NCBI GenBank assembly: GCA_051942245.1
Contig: JAVECL010000003.1
Location: 62,001-126,000 of the forward strand
DNA length: 64,000 bases
From: Trypethelium eluteriae
Lineage: Eukaryota
Direction: 5' to 3'
In this document: piece by piece, positions 14,510 through 28,286 of the stretch
Position numbering within the stretch: the first letter of the stretch is position 1
Layout of the letters: the number at the start of each line of letters is the position of its first letter
The notes under the pieces: generated by a model
What the model saw: only the letters and a program-made list of their open reading frames with translations
Database searches by the model: none
What the model was told of the DNA's origin: nothing
Translations under genes and position numbers: made by a program

Positions 14510-17491
14510 ATGTCGCAATGGAATGCCTCCTCCGACTTCTGGATGAGCCCTGCTGCGACGCTGCCGGAGTCCTCGACAGCGCAGGCATGGACCGACCCTT
14601 CGAAAGCCTCTGACGAGCAAAAACGCAGAGCTCGTGCCGATCCTTCGACTCAGCAGAGTGATGTCCTTCAATGGCAGGATGGGCTCGATATGTTCTCCGA
14701 TCGCGACATGTTTCCCAATTCCGCACCCTCTACCTCTTTCTCCCATCCCGCCCAGGCGCCACGTCAAAACAAGGCATCCAGACTACTGGGCGATATGTCC
14801 TACACCTATCCATATGCCCAATCTGACCTCCAATCCCAAATTCCCCTCACCGGCAATCCCTCTGCTTTTGATGCAGACGCCCCGCTCCCCAAGGAATATC
14901 AAAACTACCTCACTGGCTCCAATGCCGCCGCCCTTTCCGGGTTTTCCGGGTTCACCGACCCTTTTCAACCCGCCCATGGTCAGCAAGATACTTATGGACT
15001 GGGGCAATGGTCTCAGGATAGCCAGATCCCAAATCAGCCGCTCCCTCCAGTCTTGCCTTCTCAGACCCATCTCCACCCCGGCTACACCACAAGGCCCGAC
15101 ACCTTCGATGCAACGAGCTCGGCCTTGAGCAACGAGTTCAACTTCCAATTCAACGACCATGCGCTCTCAGGCTTGAACGATACGAGTTCTCTCGGAGCCC
15201 CGACCCTGCAATTCCACGCGCCACATCTGACCGATGCCAGCGTGGCCGACTATAACGCGCCCCATTTGTCGGAGAATTTTGTAATGCCCAGCACGGAGGG
15301 TTACCATGGCTACGGCTACCAGCCGAATGTGCTATCCATGGGGAGTGAAAACATTGGCCTTGCCATTGCAGGCCCTCCTCCTGGTTCACTACCGCAAGAT
15401 AGCTATTCGGTGGCATCTATCACTCCAGGGAGGTCGGATGCCGGTGCGAGTTCGTTGGGAAAGTCTCTCTCACCGCGGACTACCGAGGCTCCACCTCATA
15501 GGGGCCGCATTCCCTCCGACGCAAAGGCGGTACTTGAGCAGCATTTCGAGCACAATGCGTATCCTACGAAAGAGGAGGTCGAGCAGCTAGCCAACCGCTT
15601 AGGATTGAAGCCTAAGACGGTCAAGAACTGGTTTGGAAATACACGACAACGAAGGCCTTGCAGCGGTAAGTATCTTTCCCGGAGCAGGAATCCGGTCCAG
15701 TCAGTCTTTACTGATGTTTCAAACTCCCTCACAGAGCCGACTGAAGGTCCCCCAACTGGCGCAAATCCGATCACACACGACGGCGAGGGGAATCCGATAC
15801 CAACACAGCTTACGAAACAGACTTTAGACCGAGCCTCTCTTTCTTCTGAAGCGTCAAGCATTGAGCGATTTGAACAAGAACCCATTGAGGATGGCCCAGT
15901 ATCTCTAGAGGCGATTGAGAGAGCGGCACCGACTTACAAGACATTTCTTGCTCTCAATAATCCCGAGGAACTGGCGCAACCGTACACTCCGAACCAAAGG
16001 GGACCCCGTTCAGTAGCCAGTTCAAATGGGGACAGCACGGGTGCCTCAAGCACTTCTGGAGCCTCCGGTCTCAGTTCCAGCTCCGCAAAGAGTGCCACCT
16101 CGCTGGGACGAGCTCCACGCCGGGGGCGGAGGAGATATCGTCACAATCCGTACGGCACGAGGCCTGGGAAAGATGATGGGAAGACTGATCCATTGCAAGA
16201 AGCTCAAGGAGGCAAAGCTACCAAATATCACTGCACGTGGTGCTTCGCAAGGTTTGCAAGACCCTACGAGTGGAAACGGCACCAAGAAACACTACACGTA
16301 CCTCGTCAGGTATGGGTTTGCACTCCGGGCGTTAAGAAGGATGACCTGCAGCCGCCTCAGGTGTGTCCGTACTGCATGAAGCTGTATCCTGATGAGCAGC
16401 ACCTGCAAGAGCATAACTACTATACATGCGCCAAAAAATCCATATCAAAGCGGACCTTTGCGCGGAAAGACCACCTGTTCCAGCACATTCGGCAAGTACA
16501 CCTCAAGCATGCAGATGATGAGCAATTGAATCAATTTTCCGAGTGGAGAGGTGAAGCAGAGCAACTGCCTCCAGAAAGTCGAGCTCTTTGGTGCGGCTTC
16601 TGCCGTAGATACCATTCTAGTTGGGAGAAGCGTGTCAAAGATGTCGCTCGCCACTTTGGAGAGGGCGAGGATCTGTCAACTTGGTGGGATCCAGACGTTG
16701 GATGGCTCCGGCCCTCGCAATACAAGGATACAAATCTACCCCTCACAGTGACTTGTCGATGCTGTGCACAACCAAAGACCTTTGACAACCAGCAAGATGC
16801 AAGGTAAGTCTAGTCGATTACATGACTTCTCGTATGCGATATCGGAGACTGACTACTCGCTAGGCGGCATTATGAAAGCACCGGCGAACCATGGCAGCTG
16901 GAGCTCGACCTCACCCGTATGCGCTTTCACACCCGCGATGAGGTTGACAAACACCGCAATTACATGTCTCTCCGCACCCACCCTCGACATTTCTGGTCCT
17001 GCTACCAAATTCAAGACCTCAGCGGCTGTATCACTCCGGCGGGCGCCAGCTTCAAGTCCCCTCAAGCATCTCCTGCCTCCCCGTCCAGCACCGTGCCATT
17101 GGACACGTGCAATTTCTGTGGCGAGCCCTTCCCGCCCGACTCAGACTACGGGATGCGCATCGATCATCTCGAGAACAAGCACCAACTGCGTCTGTGCAAG
17201 CAGACCAAGTTCTACGACGTCGAGGGCTTCCGCAGCCACTTGAAGCATCGCCATCGAGGGGTTCATGGCGAGCACACGCGAGCGCTTGAGAAGGTGGCTA
17301 GAAGGGATGAGAAGGATCCTCCCGTGCGGCTAGAGCGCAGCCCGAGTAGCATGGAAGCTGCGATTGAGATGCAGGGGTTGCGAAGCTGGAGCGTTGGGGG
17401 GGACAGTGAAGGGGGCAAGCGGCCTAAACTGTTCAATGCATTGAGTGGGATGACGAAAAAGCTGTCGAGTTTTCGGAAAGGGGCGAGCTGA
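14510..17491 (+). CDS. Homeodomain plus multiple C2H2 zinc-finger transcription factor; introns 15666-15734 (probable) and 16804-16863
   Basis: Homeodomain (VLEQHF..NAYPTKEEVEQLA..LGL..KTVKNWFGNTRQR) and C2H2-like fingers (CTWC...WKRHQETLH, CPYC, CGFC, CNFC). Intron 16804-16863 joins the 16919-17491 ORF in frame. Confidence 0.88.
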
Positions 17492-18965
17492 GATTCGCTC
17501 GTTGTTGGCGCTTTAGGCGGCGATCGGTACAAAGTCGGTTGGATTGTCTGCAACAATTGTGTATTAAAAATCGTTTCATTGACAGGCCTCTTTCAGCGTT
17601 GGAGACAGCATCGTCAGGGCTGTTCTATGTGGCTAGGTGCTTTCACGTCCAGTTGAGTCCTGGGATCAGGGATCCCCTACATATATTGTGATCTGACTCC
17701 AGGTAGCCACCATTCCCTCGGGGTACTATATTTGCGTATAGGACTTTTTTGAGTAGATTACGAACGCTTCAGGGTACATTATCCGGTCCATTCCTTGATC
17801 GCTCCATGTCGGGCCCCTGCCCCGCAATCTTTGACCTTGCTCGCGCCGCAATTTTTAGATGGCCCTAGTCAGGGCGCGAGGCAGATCATTTTAGCATCAG
17901 CCATTCTGTTTCCCCGGATGCAAGGAATAGAGATCAGTGCGCCACGGAAAGGCGTTAATACCAACAGCCATTGCGAGCCCAAATTTTGACTCTGCAAAGG
18001 CCTGGCCCTGGGTCCTCATTGATAATCCAGTCCTACTGAGGACCGCGAAATGTTGGTCGAGCTTGGCAAGGTCGTGAGGAGTATGAGTGGCTTCCAATTT
18101 TATCGCGATCGGGTTTTGAGGTCATAGTAATCAGCATCAGAGATGAACACGTGCTGGAAGCCTTGCATTGGACAACTTGCATGGAGCCATGCAATTAGGG
18201 CATGAGGTCAAAGACGGCATGAAGGCTCGCTCGTCAGAACCCCTGAGCGTTTCTTCGGGTACCTTACGCATAAACAGGCGAGGTCAATACCATCCTTCAA
18301 TGGTGCACTTTAGATACGAGGGTCATGCCACCTAGATTTGAGGTGATGAAATAGGTGGTGGAGGTGACTGGTCATTCCGTGCCTTGGGTGCCACAATAAC
18401 CTGCCCTACGATGTCAGGGACGGGATGGGATACATGGGATACGCATGCATTTGATCAAGTGTTGTCGCAAGCGCAGAAAAAGAAAAAATAAAGCCACCAC
18501 GGCTGCAAATAACAAGTAGTCGAAAAAAGAAGTTTCTAGCTGTCCCGACAAACCAGACTCGATTTGCTTTCGCAGTGATGCAAAATGTTGGCTAATTAGG
18601 GAGATGGTGGAGATGACTCAGGACACCGCCCGGAATTTAGCTTCCTTTTGGGCTATTAACGTGACAAAGTACCGGTCCGTCGTGGGTCAAAGAACGGTGG
18701 GACCTTGGCTGATACACGGATGATTCGTGGTTCGGGACGCGAGTAGCCGCTGAGCGTGTTGGAATCAGGCCCAAGACGAAGATCGGGGAGGTTACCTGAA
18801 AGGAGCTAGCAGCCGACACGGCAATTCTATAGATGGAGATGGAGGCTGGCGATTGCGCATTTAGCACAGAGACTGGGCGCAGACGCCGTCTTCTTCTGGA
18901 AAGCAGGTGGAAGGACATGGGGGGAGGGACATGGGACAACTTGGGCCATCTGGGTGGGGGCTTTA

Positions 18966-18992
18966 TTTTTTTTTTTTTTTTTTTTTTTTTTT
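18966..18992 (+). repeat. poly(T) tract, 27 nt
   Basis: Uninterrupted run of T read directly from the sequence. Confidence 0.95.
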
Positions 18993-19456
18993 CTCTCTCA
19001 TGAGAGGACGATGACGGATGCCCCTGCAGTGACATGTTGGAGCCACGGTGAGCTGAGTGAGCTGGAAACCGGGGACGGTGGATATTGCAGCGTCGAGCGG
19101 CCGCAACGGGCGGGCTGCAGATGCAAGCCTTCTCGATGACGAAGAGCACCAGGGAGCCGAGGCGAGATGAGATAAGAGATTGGTAGATGGGAGGGCTCGC
19201 GGGTGCGGCTATTATGTACGGAGTAGACGAGAAGGCATTAATTTTGGCGGATCGGAAGTCTGGGGCCCCGGGGCTCAGAGGGCTGAAGACGGAGCACAAC
19301 CGCGCAGAGTCGCAGATGTAGCTCGTCTGAGCCTGATGCAAAGATGGGGAGACGACGGTGAGGGCGGAGGATGGTGAGAAAGGCGAGAGACATCGACGAG
19401 CCCCTGCAGCTTGGGGGTGCGCCGGCCCAGTCCAAGCTACCCTTCGTGACGGTAAG

Positions 19457-19565
19457 GTGGTAATGGTGGTAATGGTGGTAATATGGTAGCTAATGTGGTA
19501 AGCTGCCAGTGCCAGTGCCAGTGCCAGAGCCAGAGCCAGCACCCAGTGTGCCAGAGCCAGGGCCA
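19457..19565 (+). repeat. Compound microsatellites: GGTAATGGT-type repeats followed by (GCCAGT/GCCAGA)n
   Basis: Tandem units ggtaatggtggtaatggtggtaat and gccagtgccagtgccagtgccagagccagagccag, upstream of the Zn2Cys6 gene. Confidence 0.85.
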
Positions 19566-20094
19566 GGTCGCCAGGCTTGGTGGCTTCTGTGGGCTACCTA
19601 ATTAATACAGACAGTACCCACCTTACCTGGACGCACGTACGGTGCCTACCTTAACCTGCTAAGCTAAACTACCTAAACGTGGGCCGTGCTGAGAGTCACC
19701 AACCCTTTCGCTTTCTGCTCTCGTCCTTCCCGCTCGCCTACTCAAGCGAGCGAGCGAACCCAGCCAGCAGCCAGACGCCAGACACGCCAGACTCTCCCAA
19801 CGGGGCGCCGCAAAGGGCGTCATATCACCTCCTCCATCCAAATAATAACCAGCTGCATTCTGCACACGCTGTGCCTACCTACCCTCCAGCGCCCCAACTT
19901 TCGCGCGCTGAAGTTCAGTCTGCACTCGCTGCCTCCGTTCCTTGACATTCCCTGGCCGAAGCCCGCTCTCTCACGCCTCTCCAATTCCCCAGTCGTCGAA
20001 CGTGCAACACACTCTACAAGAACCCCAAGAGCCCCCAGTTTCGCGTCCGCGCCCTCCCCCTCCGTGGCTCTTCCACGCTTGATGCTGCACCCGC

Positions 20095-22258
20095 ATGCTC
20101 GCAATGGCCGAGCATTCTGGCGCCACCACGAATCCCATTCTTCATCACCAGCACCCGCACCAGCCCCAGCCCCAGCAGCGTCCTCCCTATCCCGAACCGC
20201 ACTCGTATCCCTCACCCTCGCTCCAAAACTCCTACGCCTATCCACCACAGGACCAGCAGCCGGTCCAGACTAGCGACTATCGCACCCCGTCGACCTCGAG
20301 CATGTCTCAGCATGCAGTCAATCTTCCGCCCATCCGCTCTTTCGACGGCCAGAACCAGCCATCCGCGCAACAACCGTCTGTAGCTTATCCCGCACCCTCG
20401 CCATTGCCGCAACCCGGCCCACCGATGAACTCATATTATCAACCTTCCTATCTATCGGCTCCGCCGGGGCCGCAACCATCGACCCTGGCACAGACGGCAG
20501 CGCAAATGGGAATGCGATATCCAATGCCACCGCACCTCGACCAGCGGACCATGTCCGGCGGTCGGCACAAGAAAGAGATCAAGCGACGCACAAAAACCGG
20601 ATGTTTGACGTGCCGAAAGCGAAGGATAAAGGTGAGTGAAGCAATCGCGCTTTTGGGCGACACTGGTGTTTTCGGAGATGAGGTTTGAGCTGGGTCAGGA
20701 TTTCTGCAGTTCTTCGGCTCGCTTCAGAGCTCGCGACCAGCACAAGCGAGCAACTGCTCCACCTCGCTCGCGAACGCTCGGGAGCGATCCCCCACTCCCC
20801 AGACCACGATTACCACAACAACAAATGCTGACTTCCTTTTCATCTGCAGTGCGACGAAGCGCATCCCACTTGTCGCAACTGTCAAAAGTCGAAGCGTGAG
20901 TGTTTGGGTTACGATCCGATTTTCAAACAACAACCAGGGCCTCCAGCCCTCCAACCGGCTCCCAGCGCTGCACCCTCTGCGCCATCAGAGGCGACCACTG
21001 CGGGCACGGCGTCTGCGTCTTATTCGAGTATACCTCAAGGTTACGTGCCTGCATCGAGTGTCAGCTACGTACCCGGCTTCCCATCCACAAGCTCGCCGAA
21101 TCCTTCCTCCGACTCGGCTTACGACTACGGCGCTGCTATCGATCCGGCTCTGGCCACTGGTGAAGGAGCTGCGAATATGGCAGGAAACCAGATGAACCAG
21201 GGAAACTCCGACACCTACCGGTCCGCGACCGAAATACCACATCCTAGCAAAGGTGAGTGCGACCTGGACAACCACTCGCACACCGTTCCAGCAATGCATA
21301 CTATGTGGAAATACCACTCACAACTCCGCTAGCACATCGTCTCCCAATTGAAGACTTGTTTGCGTTGCACAACATCGCGCCCACACAACCACCACCTCGC
21401 ACCGAACCCCTCCCCACAGACCTTCTCGACGAAGTCAAAAACATGTACGAACGTGAATACGCACCAGGCCTCGATCGTCTGCTAGAGACGACCTGGTACA
21501 CCACAACCGGCGCCATCCGACTCACCCACTACACGCGATTATGTGAAGAAGTCGACTTTGTCCTCTCCGAAATGCGGCGCGTCCAATCCGACGACCACGA
21601 CGGCCAGCGCCGCCTCGAATCCGCCGAAGCCAAGCTCATCTGGGACCTCGCCTGCATGTGCCGCCTCTCCCCGCCTCCCGGCTTCTCGCCCACCCCACGA
21701 GACCCCGAAGACCAAGCCAAGCTAGCCGAAGTGCAACTACGGCTCGGCATCGTCGAGGGCCTGCTCTGCTCCACGAACCCGACCGGCCGCACATCATCAA
21801 CAACCACAACAAACGGCGCAGTCGTCGACTTCCGGAAACCCACGGCGCAGCCCGAGCCCAAGACCAACCAGATCGTGTATTTCTCGCGCGAGTTCTGGCG
21901 CTGTCTGGGGCTCTTCGTCTCGCTGCCGCCCGACGACCCGGCGCCCGCGACGCTGCGGGCCGCGGAGCAGACGCTCGGCACGCTGCGCGGCATCCTGCAG
22001 ATGCTGGAGAACCGCGACGTGCTGTACAGCGTGGCAGTGGCGCGGCACTTTGGCTCGCGGCTGCCGGAGTTCCCCGACCAGGGCCCGCAAGCGTGGAATA
22101 ACGATGACGGCGACGTCAGGACGAAGGTGGCGATTGCGAAGCGGTTCTGTGAGGATGAGGCCGGGGGGAAGGGCACGACGCAGGTGGTGCAGAGGGTTTG
22201 TGGCATGGCGGTCAGGAGCTGGACGCTCTGGAAGAAAGAGCAGAATTCGGTGTCGTGA
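20095..22258 (+). CDS. Zn(II)2Cys6 transcription factor; exons 20095-20631, 20850-21252, 21333-22258
   Basis: The zinc cluster RRTKTGCLTCRKRRIK|CDEAHPTCRNCQKSKRECLGY is restored by intron 20632-20849. The second intron 21253-21332 is in frame. The N-terminus is P/Q-rich; the start could be 20104. Confidence 0.92.
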
Positions 22259-25200
22259 AGTTTTGCTCCCCCTTTTTTTTGTTCTCTCATGAAAAAGTTG
22301 GATGGATGGCTATCATAGCTGTTGCTTCTATCGGTAGCGAGGGGCTTCTTTTATTTACTTTTTTTCCACCGTTCTTTCGATCACTTCTGTCAAGAACTCT
22401 TGCATCAGATGCACAGCTTTGGGGTTTAGATTTTAGGCACGATCTGATGGGCGGACGATGGCTACGGTATGGCATGCAAGCGTTCGTGTCACTGTTACAA
22501 GCTTTTCGAGGGAGGCCTCTCTTTTCTTTGTCTCATCATACATTCTCCTACAGTCCTTCTGTTATCTTATGGTTACTGTTCTCATTACCCCGATTACGAC
22601 GCTTTGTACTTCTGCCACTCCTCCGATCCAGCCCGACAGAGGGCGTGCTGCGCATGCCTCAAGACGTCAGAGCTTAAGACCGTTTTTTGTCTAGAAGCGC
22701 GGATATCCCAAATAGTTAGAGCTGAACAATGTACGACTATATTGGTGTCCATGGATCCCCATCTCCAGACAATGGGCCGCTTCATGCATGACCACCCCCC
22801 AAAAAAGTCCGGGGGATCCCCTGCACCGCCTCACTTCTTGTTCAACTAATTTCTTGGAAATCAGAGCGCTAGAAGTGTCCGGTAGAAATGGGTAACGTCA
22901 TCCAATTGGCCGCCTAGAATTGTCTGCATACGCGCCTGTTCCATTCCAGCGACGAGCTGTGCACCACCATCACTGTAGGTGAATATACGCCGCAAAACCC
23001 TGGTCAAATTTAGGATTCGCGAAGCATGGAGAATATTCAGGTGATCCTTTTCGGACCCGCACTTCCCTCTCTGGGTCCCTCTTCTTCGGAGCTTTCTGCC
23101 AGAATTGAATGCTGAAAAACTTTCTCGTTGCGCCTTGTATATCATTCAGGTACCAAAATGCAGCATTAGGCGATTGAACGAGATCCAGGATATGTGATGT
23201 GGTGCACACCAGATGGGACACTATGAAGACTAAGGCTCTCGGCTGAAAGCTGACAAGGGTATGCTTGCTGACCGTTGACATTGCATTTGCAGCACGCTTT
23301 TTCGCAACTGCATGTTCAGGTCTTCGGTTATGGCGCAGCACACGACCCAAATTTGAAGTCAGTAGGTGGAAATGCATATTGACATCAAGAAGATAACTGC
23401 CAGGAATACTCAATAGATGCCATATTAAGGTACCTAACATACACATGACGATATGACTAATGATGAGTGAACATTCGATAGACCTGCGCGTTCTAAAATC
23501 GATACTCCATGGTCTGCACAGCCTATCATTGAAGTCGGCAGGCAAATGCGCACCGCTTCACTCCAAGAGCGTGACGGAACCACGTTGTGAGAGGTCGATA
23601 ATCTTTTCCGAGTTGCAATGGTTGTCGCAGCTAGATTTCAAGACCTTCGAGCATTTGCTGAGAATCTTGTTTCCAGGTGGCACGCATAGAGGCAAAATCA
23701 ATTATCTCGGAAGCATCCTTCATACGAACGCGTCATCGATGGATTCCGAATTTTTGCTTTTGCTAGGATCAAAGCCCATCACACTCGTCCTCATCGAGAT
23801 GGTCGTTATCATGTCATGGGACATTCCATGATAGAATAAAAGTACGAGGTATTCGGAAACCTAAAGAGTAAGGAGCAAGTTGGTTTTGCGTGCACTCTAT
23901 AACGTCTTTGCCGAGATCTCGGGGTATATGAAACCGATCAAGCTCACAAAGAGTCCTCGTATTAAATCGGGATTCGCCTTTCGTATTGCTCGTACATACA
24001 GCATCTTCCCGCGTGCGATGTCTATGAAATTCTGATTGAGCCATGCAAACCTATGCAAGAGATTTGCTCAAGGATCTTAGCGAATCAACTTTGAAGGAAT
24101 TACTCCACAATCCTCCAAATTAGCTCCTTAGTTAGCGATTTTCGTGACTCTGTATGAGAACACGCTAATGCACGTCGTAGACATCGGACGCAAGAAGATG
24201 CTGTACTGTATGATGATTTCAGGACAAGGCTCTCCCAGGTTCCGTTGTATCTTGATTCGACAGACGGGGCTTGGGCGCTGCCAGAAAACCGAGGAACTGC
24301 CTGCGTGATTTAAGTGGAACTGTTGACAATGCAAAAGAGATCCAAAAGCTGAGCGTCAAAACGAGGTGATCGGAATTGGGATCGCTTTGCTTGAAGTCAA
24401 GGGCCTTGGCTACGAGTGATTGGATGGTAAGCCCTGGAAGTGGGTTGCTTTTCTATATTTCTTCGGCCGACCTCATTTGTCGGAGAAGAGTTCCGGTATT
24501 ATTTTGACCCACAGGAGGTGGACAGTGATAGATGGAACAATGAATCTTCTCGTCTGTGGAGATTGCAGAAAAAACTTAAACTGGTGCGGCTTGAGGAACG
24601 AGAATGAGAACATAAAGCCGTTAATTAACTATGAATGATAACTCCACGGGAACTTAAGCGCCTCATTAGTATTTTACTGTCTTTCTTGGATTCTGCCGGG
24701 CTCTATCCTCGAAAGCCACACCCATGAGTCGCCCTGAAAAGACCAACACCATGCCACCATGCGCTATTCACGATCCGTCATGCAATGCAGGTGCGGACCG
24801 TCAGCCGGTTCGTTGGTAACGGTCGAAAGCTATGTGATGTGATATCTACAAGGGACTCGCGCACTGCCAGCTATCGTCGTCACAATTATACTCGGAGCTG
24901 AGAGCGGTCCAACATGATCAGGTACAAATAAGGCAAGGCCACCCGTACGAGACTAGGTAGGCATGGCACGAGTCTAGGGCCGGCACCAGTGGCATAGTTT
25001 TAGGAGCTAATATACCATCACTGTGGCACCGTGGATTGAGCTTCTCCAGGCATTTCTGTACAACCGGGTGAGAACGTGCCACTGGGTAGCGGAGAAACCC
25101 GACAGACGCAAGAGCATGCTCGCAGATCGCAGCCTTTGTAGGCGTGAACATTTTCGATTGATGGCGGAGCACAGAGATGGAAACGAAGGCTCTCCAATAA

Positions 25201-26043
25201 TCGTTAAGACGACCGCTCCAGCAAGATCATGCCAGAAACGCTGTCTGGCGCACTCGTAGCTTCGGAAGAGACCTTCGCGGCTCCTTGGCGACCCTTGAGC
25301 ATCGCAGAAGATCGTTGACTGGACAGATTTCATAGTAAGTGCTATGAACTCTTGCTGCAACGTGCAGCCTTCTCAAAGGCATCCGCTTGGGTTGACCTTG
25401 TTTTGAAATAATGAATGGAAAGATCAGATCCTAATATTCCCGCAGTGATACTTCCAGGTGCGTACTCTTTGTAAGGTGGGTGTTGTCTTAGCGAAGTTTG
25501 AAAAGTGTTTCAGGTCATCGACATCAACTCAGTAGCGACGCCATGCAAGAATTTCACGCATATCTTCGGGGGCCGTAGGATTTACGTAGGACTCTGGAAC
25601 GCTCAACAACAAGCCTCGAACAATCGATTCACTACATCTGTTGTCAAGCTGCTTTAGGCGAGAACCAGCGAAGGGTCTCCATCCAGTGTTACTGAGGCAT
25701 TTTTCGCGACAGCAGCTAAGATTGACATTTGTCAGGGCAACTGAGAATGAGGGTGGACCAGTCCTAAAAAGTAATTGAGAGTTAAACTGCTATTCTAACG
25801 GTGACGGAGACAAACAGCTCCGGCCTAAAATTTTGGCGGCAAAACTGGATGTATTGGCTTCCGTACGCCACCATACAGCTCTATCAAGGAAAGAATCGAA
25901 GGGTAGTTTGACAGCATATGTATCCCGAGAATTGCTCGGTCCTGCCTAAAAATTTGCTATGATTCAAGGGACCGGAATATCGCACTCGCACTCACACCAA
26001 TCCCATCTATCCGATAATGATCTGTTAAAAGGGGCAAAAGGAA

Positions 26044-27483
26044 TTACAGTAAATCTTTTTGCTCGGGTACGGGACTGTTTAGCTTTCCCCTCTCGAGAGC
26101 TGAACGCACGTTGGCAATGCACCATTCCTCCATTGCCGTCTGGGTCTCTACTGTCCAAGTGCCCATGTGAGGGACGAGCATGACATGAGGATTGGCCACG
26201 AGACCTGGATGGATCTTTGGTTCTTCTTCGTAGACGTCGAGTCCACAGCTCAGGACCTGACCGTTCTCCAAAGCCTTGACGAGCGCATCTTCATCTATTA
26301 CTGCGCCCCGCGCAGTGTTTACAATGACGATGTCCTTCTTCATTTTGCCAAACTCCTTTGTCGAAATGATATGCCGTGTGTTTTTCTGGAAATATATTAA
26401 TGTGCTGTCATAGGTCTTGGGGTTTGGGGTTGACTCACATTTAAGGGCAGATTCAAGCTAAGGACGTCGCTCGTTGCGAGTAGCTCGTCGAAGGAGACGT
26501 ATTTTGCGCCCCCGGCGAGCTCGTCGCTCAGCTTGCTACGGTTAAAGTACTGTACTTGCATGCCGAATGCCTCTGCTTTCTTCTTGAGGTTCCGTCCAAT
26601 GCCACCCATGCCTAAGATACCCAAGACTTTACCCTCAGGATCGTGGCCAAGAGGAGGACCCGGTTTGCCTCTCCAATTCCCATTCCGAAGCGCGAGCATT
26701 GAGGTATTGAACCCACGAAGAGCGCCAAGAATCAGGAATATATTCACGTCTGCCGTAGCATCGTCTACTGCGGTCGGTACATTTGAGACGAGAATAGGAG
26801 GATCCCGCGCGGAGCAAGCATGGACGTCGACCTGGTCATAACCAGCACCTGGAAGAAAGTGATTTTTTAGCAACTCGTATACATGGTTGTGGTGGGATGG
26901 ACGTATGCTAAACAGGTCGACCCATTAATAAGGTGATGTGTCTTATCATTTTACGATGCCGATGCATTCCCTTTTAAGATGGGAATTCTCTTCGTCAATT
27001 TGATGCTGTACATAGGGCGGGGCAAATGGAAGCAGAGAGTAGCAAAAAGATCTCGGGAGATTCTCAAAGTGCTTATCGGGATTCAATAAGACAATACATA
27101 CCGTTGTGTGAGAGGAATCTCATGCTTTTCGGAAGTGCCTTGACCAGTTCCTCGTCAAAGTTCCCTGTCAGGCCTGCACTCTGAAATGTCCTGTATGCGG
27201 CGACGACGCCGTCATACTTCCCATTCCGACACTCATCGAGAAACTCTTTGCGGTTGGTAGATTGAGGATAGACAAGGTCGGCGACATCTGAGAGCGATTC
27301 CCACGTTGCTTTCGCACTATGGATTAATCAGCAATCGAAAGCTTCAGTATAAGAAGCAAGTAGAGCGGAGCTTCAGATTCAAGCGGCTTGAAGGGAAAGG
27401 AAAAGTCTGCAGTAAAGACCTGGCAGCTTGTATCTTACATACTGGTCGATGTCACCCAAAAGAAGGGCTTTTGGCTTGGCCAT
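26044..27483 (-). CDS. D-isomer-specific 2-hydroxyacid dehydrogenase (glyoxylate reductase/D-mandelate dehydrogenase-like); exons 27483-27443, 27316-27102, 26848-26439, 26385-26044
   Basis: Motifs HNGAGYDQVD, Rossmann GILGMGGIG, VNTARG, GLDVYEEEP and PHMGT. Three GT-AG introns give a continuous frame starting MAKPKALLLGDIDH. Confidence 0.93.
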
Positions 27484-28286
27484 CTTTGCAGCAATGCAGC
27501 GAAGAGTGCTTCAGTGCAGGGAAAATTCAAGTTTAGCAGGTGCACAGCCGATATTCTTGCAGTCGGATGTATTATTTTACCATAGGCTGTGATACGTCGT
27601 TGGTTACAGAGTATTCTGGTATTTAGCAGCCTTGCCTTGATTGGCTATCGGCAAGGTATCGTACACGGTATCTTGGTGTCGGTCTCTTCTCTCAAGGCTG
27701 GCCGTAAAATCAGATGGTACTCGATCGCTGTATTGGAGGAGCTATGTAGATTGGTATTGGCCCTCGTAAAATGTACGCTTTATGAAGCCTATCGTCGTAC
27801 TTGGTGTAAAATGTTGGGATAAACGCTTCTCGTCATTGTATTATCCCGAGTTTCTAAGTGGTCGGCAACGTTGCGCCGAAGCGGTCACTACCGTACATGG
27901 TTCGATACTTTGACCCGAAAAGGGAAACCTTTCCGCTTCCACCCTCGTGCGTCATACGTATCGTGCACATTCTTTGGACAAGCACTTGTTGAGTGAATTT
28001 GGTCCATTCGTTTGACTGGATCAGTCGTGCTAGCCTATGCATCGGTCGTGTTTTCACCAAAGATAGCATAGAACTGGGGACGCGACATCGTCATACAGGG
28101 TTTCTGCAGCACATCATAAAAATTAGCGATGTCCCGGTGACCAGCAACTTGCAAGGTAGGCGTGTTGACTCAAACACCATACTCGTCCTTCATTTTCCTT
28201 CCTCTGAATCTGAGTCTGAAGCATGTAAGTACTGACACTCACGCTCTTTTGTAGCCATCGTTTTCTACTACGGTATAACTAACGCC

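Noticed and set aside
18637..19542. 301-aa minus-strand ORF
   Set aside because: It is built from microsatellites and a poly(A) run (LALALA, TITTI, poly-K), has a non-ATG start and no domain.
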